DNA from: Actinomycetota bacterium
GTDB taxonomy: Bacteria; Actinomycetota; UBA4738; HRBIN12
Direction of reading: 5' to 3'
DNA length: 64,000 bases
Assembly (NCBI GenBank): GCA_046330185.1
Contig: JAXLTF010000010.1
Location: 330 to 64,329 of the forward strand
The notes below the pieces were generated by a model, which did no database searches, had not been told where the DNA came from, and saw only the letters and a program-made list of their open reading frames with translations. Made by a program: the position numbers and the translations under genes. This document shows positions 18,477 to 31,379 of the stretch, in pieces. Each line of letters starts with the position of its first letter. Position 1 is the first letter of the stretch.

Positions 18477-19241
18477 TCACAGCACCCGCGCGTCGGCCAG
18501 CAGGTCGGCGATCCGCCCGGCCGAGGTGTCGTCGGCCGGCACGATCTGGCCTGCGGCCTTCTCGGGCGCAGGCTCGACGCCCAGCACGCGCTGGGTCGGG
18601 GCCACGTCGGCGGGCGTGAGTCCCAGATCGGCGAGCGAGAGGGTCTCCAGCGGCTTCTGCTTCGCGCCCATGATCCCCTTGAGGGTCGGGTAGCGTGGCT
18701 CCGTCGCCCCGGCGGTGAGGGTCACGACCGCCGGCAGCGGGCACTCCACATCGTCGTACCCGTCCTCGGTCTGACGCTGGATCCGCGCCGCTCCGTCGGC
18801 GACCTCCAGACGCTTCGCGAACGTGGCGCTCGGCAGCTCCAGGAGCCCGGCGACGGTCGCGGGCACCGTGCCGGTGTAGCCGTCGGTGGACTCGACGCCC
18901 CCGAGCACCAGATCGAACGTCCCCCGCCGCACCGCGGCGGCCAGGACCCGCGCGGTCGCCAGGGCGTCGGCGCCGCGGAGGGCGTCATCGGTCACGACCA
19001 CGGCGCGATGCGCGCCCATCGAGAGCGCGCGGCGCACGGCCGCGGCGGCGCCCTCCGGTCCCATCGTGATCACCGTGACCTCGCCGCCCGCCGCCTCGGT
19101 GAGCTGCAGGGCGGCCTCGACCGCGAACTCATCACCCGGGTCGAGCGTGCCGTCGCCCTCGCGACGAACGAGGAAGTCGTCGCCGAGGTCTATGCCGCCG
19201 CTGGGATCGGGGATCGACTTCACGAGCACGCAGACGTCCAT
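18477..19241 (-). CDS. etfB: Electron transfer flavoprotein subunit beta
   Basis: Start taken at MDVCVLVKSIPD (ATG 19241). EtfB pattern (ESTDGYTGTVPATVA, RYPTLKGIMGAKQKP). Confidence 0.9.
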   Translation of the reverse strand: MDVCVLVKSIPDPSGGIDLGDDFLVRREGDGTLDPGDEFAVEAALQLTEAAGGEVTVITMGPEGAAAAVRRALSMGAHRAVVVTDDALRGADALATARVLAAAVRRGTFDLVLGGVESTDGYTGTVPATVAGLLELPSATFAKRLEVADGAARIQRQTEDGYDDVECPLPAVVTLTAGATEPRYPTLKGIMGAKQKPLETLSLADLGLTPADVAPTQRVLGVEPAPEKAAGQIVPADDTSAGRIADLLADARVL

Positions 19242-19327
19242 CGCCCGGGGAGGATACCGCCGCCGGCAGGATCCACCGGTCCGGCTCGGGTCGAGGCGCC
19301 GCGCACGGCCGCCCACCCGGGCCTTGA

Positions 19328-19333
19328 TAGCCT
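19328..19333 (+). promoter_or_regulatory. -10-like TAGCCT, 6 nt upstream of the mnmA ATG
   Basis: TAnnnT hexamer with no SD. Confidence 0.3.
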
Positions 19334-19339
19334 CGATCG

Positions 19340-20422
19340 ATGGGCGGGTCGAAGGGGTCCGTGCTGGTGGCGATGTCCGGCGGGGTCGACTCGTCGGTCG
19401 CGGCGTGCCTGCTGCGGGAGCAGGGGTACGAGGTCGTCGGGGCCCACATGAGGCTGGTGCACCTCGACGGGGTGGACCACGGCTGCTGCGGCCCGCGCGC
19501 GAGGGAGGACGCCTCGGAGGTGGCGCGGATCGCGGGCTTCCCGTTCGAGGTGCTGGACCTCACCGCCGAGTTCGAATGGGAGGTCGTCGCCGACTTCTTC
19601 GAGGAGCACGAGCGGGGCCGTACCCCGAACCCCTGTGCGCGATGCAACGGGGAGATCAAGTTCGGCGCTTTCCTGCGGTCGGCCGTCGAGCGGGGCTTCG
19701 GCTCCGTGGCGACGGGGCACTACGTCCGTGTGCGTAGCGGAGACGACGGCGCCCGGCGGCTGCTCCGCGGGATCGACCGCGCGAAGGACCAGAGCTACAT
19801 GCTCCACATGCTCGGTCAGGACGAGCTCAGGCGTTCCCTGTTCCCCCTGGGAGAGCTGTCGAAGTCCGAGACCCGCGCCCTCGCCGAGCGCTTCGGTCTG
19901 CCCGTCGCGTCCAAGCCCGACTCGCAGGAGCTCTGCTTCGCGCCCGCCGGAGAGGCCGGCGCCGTCGTCCGGACGGCGGCGCCGGCGCTGGTCCGGGAGG
20001 GGGGCGAGGTCGTCGATCCGAGCGGCACGTTGCTGGCCGAGCACGACGGCACGTTCGCGTTCACCGTCGGTCAGCGGCGCGGCCTCGGGGTCGCCCTCGG
20101 CGAACCCGCGTACGTCCTGGAGCTCGATGCGGCGGCGAACCGGGTCGTCGTCGGCCCGCGGGAGCTGCTGTCGCGGCGGGGTCTTCAGGCCGACCGGGCG
20201 TCGTGGGTCGCGGGGTCGCCGCCGGACGGCGGCGGGTTCGCGGCCACGGTCCGGATCCGCTCCCACGGCGAGGACATCGCGGCCGTGGTCGAGCCGATCC
20301 ACGACGGGTTCCGCGCGGAGTTCCCCGAACCCCAGCGCGCCGTGGCGCCCGGCCAGAGCGCCGTCGTCTACCGGGGCGACGAGGTGCTCGGCGGCGGCCG
20401 GATCGTCTCGACCTGGCGCTGA
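19340..20422 (+). CDS. mnmA: tRNA 2-thiouridine(34) synthase
   Basis: 360 aa. PP-loop VAMSGGVDSSVAA, catalytic-Cys context NPCARCNGEIKF, DQSYML. Confidence 0.9.
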   Translation: MGGSKGSVLVAMSGGVDSSVAACLLREQGYEVVGAHMRLVHLDGVDHGCCGPRAREDASEVARIAGFPFEVLDLTAEFEWEVVADFFEEHERGRTPNPCARCNGEIKFGAFLRSAVERGFGSVATGHYVRVRSGDDGARRLLRGIDRAKDQSYMLHMLGQDELRRSLFPLGELSKSETRALAERFGLPVASKPDSQELCFAPAGEAGAVVRTAAPALVREGGEVVDPSGTLLAEHDGTFAFTVGQRRGLGVALGEPAYVLELDAAANRVVVGPRELLSRRGLQADRASWVAGSPPDGGGFAATVRIRSHGEDIAAVVEPIHDGFRAEFPEPQRAVAPGQSAVVYRGDEVLGGGRIVSTWR

Positions 20423-20440
20423 CCGCCGGGTCCCATCGGG

Positions 20441-20460
20441 CCGGGCGCGTCGGCGCCCGG
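20441..20460 (+). terminator. Hairpin CCGGGCGC-GTCG-GCGCCCGG after mnmA
   Basis: Perfect 8-bp stem with a 4-nt loop, 19 nt after the stop. Confidence 0.5.
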
Positions 20461-20463
20461 AAC

Positions 20464-20469
20464 TAGACT
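20464..20469 (+). promoter_or_regulatory. -10-like TAGACT, 6 nt upstream of the GTG at 20476
   Basis: TAnnnT hexamer. The same CTAGACT context also precedes gatC and the ORF at 38243. Confidence 0.35.
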
Positions 20470-20475
20470 GCCGGG

Positions 20476-23183
<2,708 letters not shown>

Positions 23184-23199
23184 GATCGTGGGCCGTCGC

Positions 23200-23205
23200 T
23201 AGACT
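23200..23205 (+). promoter_or_regulatory. -10-like TAGACT, 7 nt upstream of the gatC ATG
   Basis: TAnnnT hexamer with no SD. Confidence 0.35.
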
Positions 23206-23212
23206 TCGCGCC

Positions 23213-23506
23213 ATGCCGGTCGAGATCGACATCGAGCACGTCGCGAAGCTCGCGCGCCTGGACCTTTCGGACGACGAGAAGGTCCGGCTGCGCGAGCAGC
23301 TCGGCGCGATCCTGGAGCACGCCGCGAAGGTCGGCGAGGTGGCCGCGGACGACGTGCCGCCGACCGCGTCGGCCATCGAGCGGACGAACGTCCTGCGCGA
23401 GGACGTTCCGGACGCGAGACTGAAGCAGGCGGCCGCGCTCGCGAACGCGCCGGACGCCGCCGAGGAGCGCTTCCGCGTGCCGAGGATCGCGGAGACGGGC
23501 TCGTGA
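23213..23506 (+). CDS. gatC: Asp/Glu-tRNA amidotransferase subunit C
   Basis: 97 aa. MPVEIDIEHVAKLARLDLSDDE... is a typical GatC. Confidence 0.9.
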   Translation: MPVEIDIEHVAKLARLDLSDDEKVRLREQLGAILEHAAKVGEVAADDVPPTASAIERTNVLREDVPDARLKQAAALANAPDAAEERFRVPRIAETGS

Positions 23507-24993
23507 GCGAGCTCTGCGACCTGACCGGCTCCGAGCTGGCCGCGGAGCTCGCCGCCGGCGAGGTCTCGTCCGTCGAGATCGTCCGCTCGAGCCTCGCCAG
23601 GGTCGAGGCCGTCGACGAGCGGGTGAAGGCGTTCCTGACGCTGACGCCGGAGGTCGCCCTGGAGCGCGCCGAGGCGGTCGACACCCACGCGTTGACGGGC
23701 GCGTCGCGGTCGATGGTCGCCGGCATCCCGATCGCGCTGAAGGACGTCCTGACGACGAGGGGTATCCGCACGACGTGCGGCTCGCGGATCCTCGAGAGCT
23801 ACGTCCCGCCGTACGACTGCACGGCGTGGGTCCGGTTGTCGGGCGCCGGGTCGGCGCTGGTCGGCAAGACGAACTGCGACGAGTTCGCGATGGGCTCGTC
23901 GAACGAGAACTCGGCGTTCGGCCCGGTCCACAACCCGTGGGACCTGGACACCGTGCCGGGTGGGTCGAGCGGGGGTTCCGCGGCGGCCGTCGCGGCCGGC
24001 GAGGTCGTATGGGCGCTCGGGACCGACACCGGCGGCTCCGTGCGACAGCCCGCATCGCTGTGCGGCGTCGTGGGGATGAAGCCGACGTACGGGCGGGTCA
24101 GCCGGTACGGGCTGATCGCGTTCGCGTCTTCGCTCGACACGGTCAGCACGTTCACGCGGAGCGTCCGCGACGCCGCGGTCCTGCTGCGCGAGCTGGCGGG
24201 CAACGATCCGCGCGACGCGACCAGCGTCGACGCCGAGGTGCCCGACTACGTCGCGGCCCTGGACGGGCCGGACGGCCTGGCCGGCCTGGCCGGCCTGCGG
24301 ATCGGCGTGCTCGAGGGCACGTTCGGCGAGGCCGTCCAGCCCGGCGTCCGTGACGCGATCCGCGCGGCGGTCGACCGCGTCCAGGCGTTGGGGGCCGAGG
24401 TCGGCGAGGTCGCGCTGCCGCATGCGGACTACGCCCTGTCCGCGTACTACCTGATCGCGCCGTCCGAGGCGTCGTCGAACCTTGCGCGCTACGACGGGGT
24501 CCGCTACGGCTTCCGCGCCGAGGGCGACTTCTCCGACTCGGTCGCGATGATGTCCGCGACGCGCGGCCAGGGCTTCGGGCCGGAGGTGAAGCGCCGGATC
24601 ATGCTCGGCACTTACGCGCTGTCGGCCGGCTACTACGAGGCGTACTACGGGCAGGCGCAGAAGGTCCGGACGCTGATCATCCGCGACTACCGGTCCGCCT
24701 TCGAGCGGTTCGACGTCCTGGTCTCGCCGACCTCGCCGACGACCGCGTTCCGGATCGGGGAACGCGCCGACGACCCGATGGCGATGTACCTATCGGACGT
24801 GTTCACGATCCCGGCGAACCTGGCCGGGGTGCCGGCGATCAGCGTGCCGTGCGGCCTGGACGGCGCCGGCCTACCCGTCGGGCTGCAGCTGACCGCCCCC
24901 GTCCTCGAGGAGGCGCGGCTGCTCCGCGTCGCGCACGTCCTGGAGCTCGACCTGGGGCTCGAGCTCCGCCCGCCCCTGCTCCACGCCGCCTGA
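23503..24993 (+). CDS. gatA: Asp/Glu-tRNA amidotransferase subunit A
   Basis: 496 aa. Amidase signature GGSSGGSAAAVAAG...GTDTGGSVRQPA. GTGA overlap with gatC. Confidence 0.95.
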   Translation: MSELCDLTGSELAAELAAGEVSSVEIVRSSLARVEAVDERVKAFLTLTPEVALERAEAVDTHALTGASRSMVAGIPIALKDVLTTRGIRTTCGSRILESYVPPYDCTAWVRLSGAGSALVGKTNCDEFAMGSSNENSAFGPVHNPWDLDTVPGGSSGGSAAAVAAGEVVWALGTDTGGSVRQPASLCGVVGMKPTYGRVSRYGLIAFASSLDTVSTFTRSVRDAAVLLRELAGNDPRDATSVDAEVPDYVAALDGPDGLAGLAGLRIGVLEGTFGEAVQPGVRDAIRAAVDRVQALGAEVGEVALPHADYALSAYYLIAPSEASSNLARYDGVRYGFRAEGDFSDSVAMMSATRGQGFGPEVKRRIMLGTYALSAGYYEAYYGQAQKVRTLIIRDYRSAFERFDVLVSPTSPTTAFRIGERADDPMAMYLSDVFTIPANLAGVPAISVPCGLDGAGLPVGLQLTAPVLEEARLLRVAHVLELDLGLELRPPLLHAA

Positions 24994-25989
24994 GCCGGGA
25001 CCTTCTCCGTCCAGCTCGGCGTCGGCCGGCACGCCGACCTCCGCCTCCAGGTCCTCCAGGTCGTCGCGGGCCGCGCCGCCCGCCGAGATGATCAGCATCA
25101 CGGCGACGAGGATCACGCCGCCCGCGACGATCGTGCGCCAACCGATGGCCTCGCCCAGGAACACGGCGCCCAGGATGACGGCGAACGCGGGGTTCACGTA
25201 CGCGTACGTCGAGACGAGCGACGTGCGCGCGACCCGCAGCAGCCACAGGTACGAGGCGAACGCGATCCACGAGGCGATCACGATCAGGTAGATGGAAGCG
25301 AGCACCGAGGCGCGCGAGACCGATCCCACGTCGAGCTGCCCGAACTCGCCCCTGAACCCCGCGACCACGAACAGCGCCACCCCGCCGGCCAGGAACTCCA
25401 TCCCGATGCCCACGAGCGGCCGGCGGGGGAGCGGCGCGTTGCGCGAGTACAGCGATCCGGACGCCCAGCAGAGCGACGCCACGACCGCCAGCAACATCCC
25501 GCTCGGAGGCACCGCGCCATGCAGGGCGTTGCCGCTCACGAGCAGCGCCGCGCCGCCGAAACCGAGCCCGAGCCCGAGGAACGTCCGCCCGTCGATCCGG
25601 CGGTTGCCGAGCATCCGGTCGATCAGCGCCATCCACAGCGGCACGAGGGCGATCAGCAGCGCGACGATGCCCGTGGGCACCGTCCGCTCGGACAGCGCAA
25701 CGAACCCGTTGCCGCACAGGATCAGCCCGACGCCGACGACCGACGCCGCGAGCCACTGTCGGGGTCCGGGCCTGTCCCCTTCGCGGTCGCCGCGCCGGAC
25801 CGCCCAGGCGTACAGCACGGCGCCGGCGATCGTGAATCGGACCCCGGCTCCCAGCAGGGGCGGGATCGTCTCGTTCACCACGCTGATCGTCAGGTACGTG
25901 GTGCTCCAGACCACGTAGACGATGCCCAGGGCGAGCCAGATCCGGCCGGCGCTGGGAGCGCCGGCGCCCGGTCCGGTCCGCGTGCTCAT
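24871..25989 (-). CDS. EamA/DMT family transporter
   Basis: Start at MSTRTGPG (ATG 25989), about 10 TM spans, two EamA repeats. The acidic tail overlaps the gatA 3' end by about 120 nt, so the true stop is uncertain. Confidence 0.8.
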   Translation of the reverse strand: MSTRTGPGAGAPSAGRIWLALGIVYVVWSTTYLTISVVNETIPPLLGAGVRFTIAGAVLYAWAVRRGDREGDRPGPRQWLAASVVGVGLILCGNGFVALSERTVPTGIVALLIALVPLWMALIDRMLGNRRIDGRTFLGLGLGFGGAALLVSGNALHGAVPPSGMLLAVVASLCWASGSLYSRNAPLPRRPLVGIGMEFLAGGVALFVVAGFRGEFGQLDVGSVSRASVLASIYLIVIASWIAFASYLWLLRVARTSLVSTYAYVNPAFAVILGAVFLGEAIGWRTIVAGGVILVAVMLIISAGGAARDDLEDLEAEVGVPADAELDGEGPGSGGVEQGRAELEPQVELQDVRDAEQPRLLEDGGGQLQPDG

Positions 25990-26016
25990 CGAGGGATGAT
26001 AGGAGGGACGGTCCGG

Positions 26017-26022
26017 TACGCT
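26017..26022 (+). promoter_or_regulatory. -10-like TACGCT, 7 nt upstream of the gatB ATG
   Basis: TAnnnT hexamer with no SD. Confidence 0.3.
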
Positions 26023-26029
26023 CCGGTCG

Positions 26030-27484
26030 ATGCCAGCGTGGGAGACGGTGATCGGGCTCGAGTGCCACGTCGAGCTCAACACGCGGACGAAGATGTTCTG
26101 CGGCTGCCCGAACGCGTTCGGCGCCGAGCCCAACACGAACGTCTGTCCCGTCTGCCTCGGCCACCCCGGGTCGCTCCCGGTCCCGAACGCGGCCGCGATC
26201 GCCTCGATCGTCACGATCGGGCTGGCGCTGGGCTCGACGATCGCGCCCAGGTCGCTGTTCCACCGGAAGAACTACTTCTACCCGGACATGCCGAAGAACT
26301 ACCAGATCAGCCAGTACGACCTGCCGGTCTGCGTCGGGGGGCACCTGGACGTCGACCTGCCCGGCGGCTCCACGACGCGCGTGGGCATCACGCGTGTGCA
26401 CATGGAGCAGGACACCGGCAAGACGACCCACGGGAGCGCGAGTGGGAGGATCCACGACACCGACTCGGCTCTCGTCGACTACAACCGCGCCGGCGTGCCA
26501 TTGGTCGAGTGCGTCAGCGAGCCCGACATCCGCTCGGCGGAGGAGGCGGCCGCCTACCTGCGCGAGCTCCGCTCGACCCTCGAGGCGCTCGACGTGAGCG
26601 ACGTCCGGATGGAGGAGGGATCGCTCCGCTGCGACGCGAACATCAGCATCCGCCCGGCGGGCTCGCAGGCGCTGGGCACGAAGGTCGAGATCAAGAACAT
26701 GAACTCGATCCGCTCGCTCGAGCGCGCGCTGCGGTTCGAGGCCGACCGGCAGGTCGCGGCGCTCGAGGCGGGGCAGCCGCTCGTGCAGGAGACGCGGCAT
26801 TGGGACGAGGACTCGGGGACGACGAAGTCGATGCGCTCGAAGGAGGAGGCGTTCGACTACCGCTACTTCCCCGAGCCTGACATCCCGCCGCTCGCCCCGG
26901 AGCCGGCGTGGATCGACGAGCTGCGCGCGGCCCTGCCGGAGCTGCCGAGGGCCCGTCGGGAGCGGTACGCGCGCGACCTCGGGCTGAGGCCCGAGGTCGC
27001 CAGGGTCCTGGTGGGCGACCGCGGCGCGGTCGCCCTGTTCGAGGCGACCATCGCGCTCGGCGCCCCCGCTCCCGCCGCCGCGAACTGGATCACGCAGGAC
27101 GTCGCGGGCCTCGCGAACAAGGCGGGCCTCCCGCTCGCGGACGCACCCGTCACCGCACGGCAGGTGGCGGACCTGGTCGCCCTCCTGCACGAAGATGAGA
27201 TCTCGGGCGCCGGCGCGAAGCAGGCGCTCGAGGAGGCGTTCGAGACCGGCGACACCATCGAGGCGATCGTCGACCGTCGCGGGTTGCGGCAGGTGTCCGA
27301 CACCGGCGCGCTCGGGGCGATCGTCGACGAGATCCTCGCCGAACACCCCGACGAGGTGGCCACGTTCCGGGGCGGCAAGGAGAGCGTGCTCGGGTTCCTG
27401 GTCGGCCAGGTGATGAAGCGCTCCGGCGGGTCGGCCAATCCCAAGCTCGCGCAGGCGCTCCTGCGCGAGCGCCTGCACGGGTAG
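26030..27484 (+). CDS. gatB: Asp/Glu-tRNA amidotransferase subunit B
   Basis: 484 aa. MPAWETVIGLECHVELNTRTKMFCGC... is a canonical GatB. Confidence 0.95.
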   Translation: MPAWETVIGLECHVELNTRTKMFCGCPNAFGAEPNTNVCPVCLGHPGSLPVPNAAAIASIVTIGLALGSTIAPRSLFHRKNYFYPDMPKNYQISQYDLPVCVGGHLDVDLPGGSTTRVGITRVHMEQDTGKTTHGSASGRIHDTDSALVDYNRAGVPLVECVSEPDIRSAEEAAAYLRELRSTLEALDVSDVRMEEGSLRCDANISIRPAGSQALGTKVEIKNMNSIRSLERALRFEADRQVAALEAGQPLVQETRHWDEDSGTTKSMRSKEEAFDYRYFPEPDIPPLAPEPAWIDELRAALPELPRARRERYARDLGLRPEVARVLVGDRGAVALFEATIALGAPAPAAANWITQDVAGLANKAGLPLADAPVTARQVADLVALLHEDEISGAGAKQALEEAFETGDTIEAIVDRRGLRQVSDTGALGAIVDEILAEHPDEVATFRGGKESVLGFLVGQVMKRSGGSANPKLAQALLRERLHG

Positions 27485-27499
27485 CTCCGGGCGGCGCGG

Positions 27500-28846
27500 G
27501 TGCGCGTCGGCTCGACCCCGCCCAAGCGGTATCCCTGGTGGCATCTCGTGCTGCTGGGGGTCGTGGGGGCCGCAAGGTCGATCGTGTGGCCGCTGCGCCG
27601 CATGTGGCGCTCGGAGCAGCCGCTCGACCGCTACGGCCTGTGCCACTTCACCAGCGTCGCCGGCGACGCACTGCTCGCGATCTCGCTGGCCGACTCCGTC
27701 TTCTTCTCGCTCCCGGTCGGCGAGGCGCAGCCGAAGGTCGCGCTGTACCTGCTGCTAACGATGCTCCCGCTCGCGCTCGCGGGCCCGCTGCTGGTGCCGC
27801 TGCTCGATCGCGCGGGGCCGCGCCGCCTCGTCTCGTTCGCCGCGGCGGCCGCGCGGGCCGTCGTCGCGATCTACGCCGCCCCGCGCGTGGGCACGCTCGT
27901 CTTGTTCCCCGCCGCCCTGATCCTGCTGGTGCTCTCGAAGATCCACACGATCACGAAGAACGGCCTGACGATCGCGTACGCGGCGCCCGAGGACGGCCTG
28001 ATGCGCGCGAACGCCCGCCTCGGGCGGATAGCGGTGGCCGGGGCGATCTCGGCCGCCCCCTTCGGGTACCTGTTCCTGAAGCTCTGGGGCGCCACGGGGC
28101 CGATCTACCTGGCGGCCGTCGCCTACGCGGTGTCCGCGCTGTTGAACCTGCGGCTGCCGCATCCGGGGGTCGCGCCGAAGCGGCAGCCCCCGGTCGGCCG
28201 GCGCGGGCGTATCCCGGCGCTCACGGGACCCGCGATCGGCGCGGTCGGGATGCGGGCCGCGAGCGGGTTCCTGCTGTTCCTGCTCGCGTTCGCGCTCAGG
28301 CGCGGCGGCGAGCCGCTCTGGTGGTTCGGCGTGCTGGCCGCGGCGAGCCTGATCGGCGGTCTGGTCGCGGACCTGGTGGCGCCGACGCTGCCCACCGAGA
28401 CGCGGGAGGAAGGCGTGGTGATCGCGTGCGTCTCGGCGGCGGCGATCGGCGCGCTGCTCGCTTCCGAGGTCTTCGGGCTGCCGCTGCTGTTGATCTACGC
28501 GTTCGTCGCCGGCGGGACGACCGAGCTCGGACGGCTCGCGTTCCAGAGCCTGATGCAGCGCCACGCGCCGGAGGGGGCGATGGGCCGGGTGTTCGTGCGC
28601 TACGAGGTCGTGTTCCAACTCGCCTGGGTCGTGGGCGCCTTCCTGCCCGCGCTGCTCCCGATCACGTTCCGGCAGGGGCTGCTGGTGCTCGCGGCGTTCT
28701 ACCTGGCGCTCGCGCTGATCTACGTGCTGCGCGCCCGGACGCGCGCCGCCGAGCGCGCAGCCGGCCGCCCGGCCGACGGCAGGTACGCCCCCGGGCGGCG
28801 TCCCGCCGATGCCTGGGTAAGCTCCGGGCGCACGAGGAGGCCGGGG
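27500..28846 (+). CDS. MFS-like polytopic membrane protein (3' end unresolved; reads in frame into the Rieske gene)
   Basis: About 10-12 hydrophobic spans. No stop lies before the ATG at 28847. An out-of-frame TAA at 28818-28820 sits just before the Rieske SD, which suggests a lost stop or an indel. Confidence 0.55.
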
Positions 28847-29158
28847 ATGGGGTTCGTGACGGTCGGCCGCGCCGACGAGGTGCCAGACGGCGAGGTGGCG
28901 CCGTTCGCCGTGGACGGGGTGGAGGTCGCGGTCGCCCGCGTCGACGGGACCCTGTTCGCGGTGAGCGACGTCTGCAGCCACCGCCGATGCAACCTGGCGG
29001 ACGGCGACGAGCTCGAAGGCGCGTCGATCGTCTGCGGGTGCCACGGCAGCGTGTTCGACCTCGCCACCGGGGCGCCGCTGAACCCGCCGGCCACGCGGCC
29101 CATCGCGACCTACGCGGTGCGGGAGGTCAACGGCGAGCTCCAGGTCGACCTGGGGTGA
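28847..29158 (+). CDS. Rieske [2Fe-2S] ferredoxin
   Basis: ATG preceded by GAGGAGG. Rieske motifs CSHRRC...CGCHGSVF. Confidence 0.8.
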   Translation: MGFVTVGRADEVPDGEVAPFAVDGVEVAVARVDGTLFAVSDVCSHRRCNLADGDELEGASIVCGCHGSVFDLATGAPLNPPATRPIATYAVREVNGELQVDLG

Positions 29159-30387
29159 GCGAGGCTCCGATCGTCATCGTCGGGGCCGGCCTGGCCGGCG
29201 CGACCGCGGTCGGCTCGCTCCGCGACGGCGGCTACGATGGCCCGCTGGTCCTGATCGGCTCCGAGCCGCACGCGCCGTACGAGCGCCCGCCGCTGTCGAA
29301 GGAGTACCTGCGGGGCGAGTCTCCGATCGACGATGCGTTCGTGCGGCCCGAGCGTTGGTACGCGGACCACGGCGTCGACGCGCGGTGGAGCACGCGAGCG
29401 GTCCAGCTCGATCCCGGCGACCGCGCGGTGATCCTGTCGGGCGGCGAGCGATCGCCGTTCTCGCGGCTCGTGATCGCGACCGGCAGCCGGAACCGGCGCG
29501 TGGACGCGCCCGGTGCCGACCTGCCCGGAGTCTTCGACCTGCGCCGCATCGGCGACGCCGACCGGATCCGCGAGGCGGCCGCCGGCGGCGCCCGCGCCGT
29601 GTGCGTGGGGATGGGGTTCATCGGGGCCGAGGTAGCCGCGTCGCTGCGAGCCATGGGGTGCGAGGTGACCGTGGTCGAGGTCTTCGAGACCGCGCTGTAC
29701 CGCGTCCTGGGTCCCGAGATCGGGCGAGCGGTCGAGGGTCTGCACCGCGACAACGGCGTGACGATGCGGTTCCACGACACGGTCGACCGCTTCGAGGGCG
29801 ACGGGCGGCTGGAACGCGTCGTGACCGGCTCGGGCGCGACGATCGAAGCGGACCTGGCGGTCGTGGGCGTCGGCACGGAGCCTGCGGTGGAGCTGCTGGC
29901 CGGCACGGGGCTCGATCAGGGCGGCGGTGTCCCGGTCGGGCCGACGCTCGAGACCGAGATCCCCGGCGTGTTCGCGATCGGCGACGTCGCGCGCCACGAC
30001 CATCCCGTGTTCGGGCCGCTGCGCGTCGAGCACTACGACAACGCGATCAAGATGGGCACGCACGCCGCGCGGGCGCTGATGGGCGAGCCGGCGGCGTTCG
30101 ACGACCCGCACTGGTTCTGGTCGGACCAGTACGACTGCCAGATCCAGATGGCGGGGTTCGCGCCGACGTGGGCCGGATGGTCGTGCGCGGCTCGATCGAG
30201 GAGCGCTCGTTCTGCGCGTTCCCTGCTGGACGAGGACGGCGCCCTGCGTGGCGCCGTCTCCATGGACCACCCGCGCGACGTCCGCCGCTCGCTCGAGCTG
30301 ATCCGCCGGCAGGCGCAGCCCGACCCGGCCGTGCTGGAGGATCCCGGCTTCGACCTCCGCACGCTGATCCCGGTCGATGAGGGATGA
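29155..30387 (+). pseudogene. FAD-dependent ferredoxin-NAD(P)+ reductase, two compensating frameshifts at about 30165-30230
   Basis: GTGA overlap with the Rieske gene. Motifs VGAGLAG, RPPLSKEYL, VGMGFIGAEVAA. The stretch ADVGRMVVRGSIEERSFCAF reads only in another frame. Confidence 0.8.
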
Positions 30388-30659
30388 TGTGCCGTGCACC
30401 TGAGCCCCGTGATCGGTCACCCGACGTGCGACCTCGAGCGCCAGCGGCGCGTGCTGGAGCGCGGCGCGACGCCGCCGCGTTGCAGGTCTCCGTCGCGCCG
30501 GCCGCCGGACGCTCCTGGACGTCCTGCTGCGACGGCCGCGCCCGGCCAAGGACCTCGACGTCTCGGCGTTGTCGATGCCCGCCGAGGACGTCTGGCACTC
30601 TCTGCGGTTCTGATCGCCGCCGGGCGGGCCGGCGAGTCGTACGCCTAGTCTGAGCTGGA

Positions 30660-31379
30660 CTAGTCGGTCGTGAGCTGGCCCGCGAGCTCCTCTGGCGTCC
30701 CCTCGGCTTGCACGACGCCGTCGTGGAAGAGCACCACGCGGTTCGCGTACCGGAGCGCCTCGGGGTTGTGGGTTGCGGCGAGCACCGCACCGCCGCGCCG
30801 GATCACGTCCCACAGGGCGTCCAGGATCAGGTCGGCGTTCTCGGTGTCGACCTCCGCGATCGGCTCGTCCGCCAGGACCACGGTCGGCTCGGCGATCAGG
30901 GCGCGGGCCACGGCCACGCGCGCTGCTGTTGGCCGGCCGAGGCTCGAACGTCCGGTTGTCGGCGCGGTCGGCCAGGCCGAGCCGCTCGATCCAGCCGCTC
31001 GCGCGCTCGCGCGCCTCGGCGAGCGGCACGCGGGCGACCCGCAACGGCAGCTCGACGTTCTCCACGGCCGACAACGTCGGCAGAGCCCGAAGCTCTGGAA
31101 CACGACGCCCATGTCGGTGCGCCGCAGCGTCCGGCGTTCGTCGTCGGAGAGGGAGCCGATCGGCCGGCCCGCCCAAGTCACCTCGCCCTCGTCGGGACGG
31201 TCGAGGCCGGTCATCACCCCGATGAACGTGGTCTTGCCCGAGCCCGACGGCCCCATCAGCGCGACGAAGTCCTTCGCGTGCAGGGCGAGCGACGCGCCGC
31301 GGACCGCGAGCACGCCGCCGGCCCCGGCGTAACGCCTGACGATCCCGGTGGCCGCGAGCAGGGCTCCCGTTCGAGCCAT
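30660..31379 (-). pseudogene. ABC transporter ATP-binding protein (MacB/LolD-type), several frameshifts
   Basis: Walker A GPSGSGKTT, then LPTLSAVENVELPL... in a second frame, then RVAVARALIAEPTVVLADEP in the first frame again. Confidence 0.75.

Noticed and set aside
24270-24300. Short tandem GGCCTGGCC repeat inside gatA.
   Set aside because: It simply encodes GLAGLAGL within an intact gene and is too short to be meaningful.
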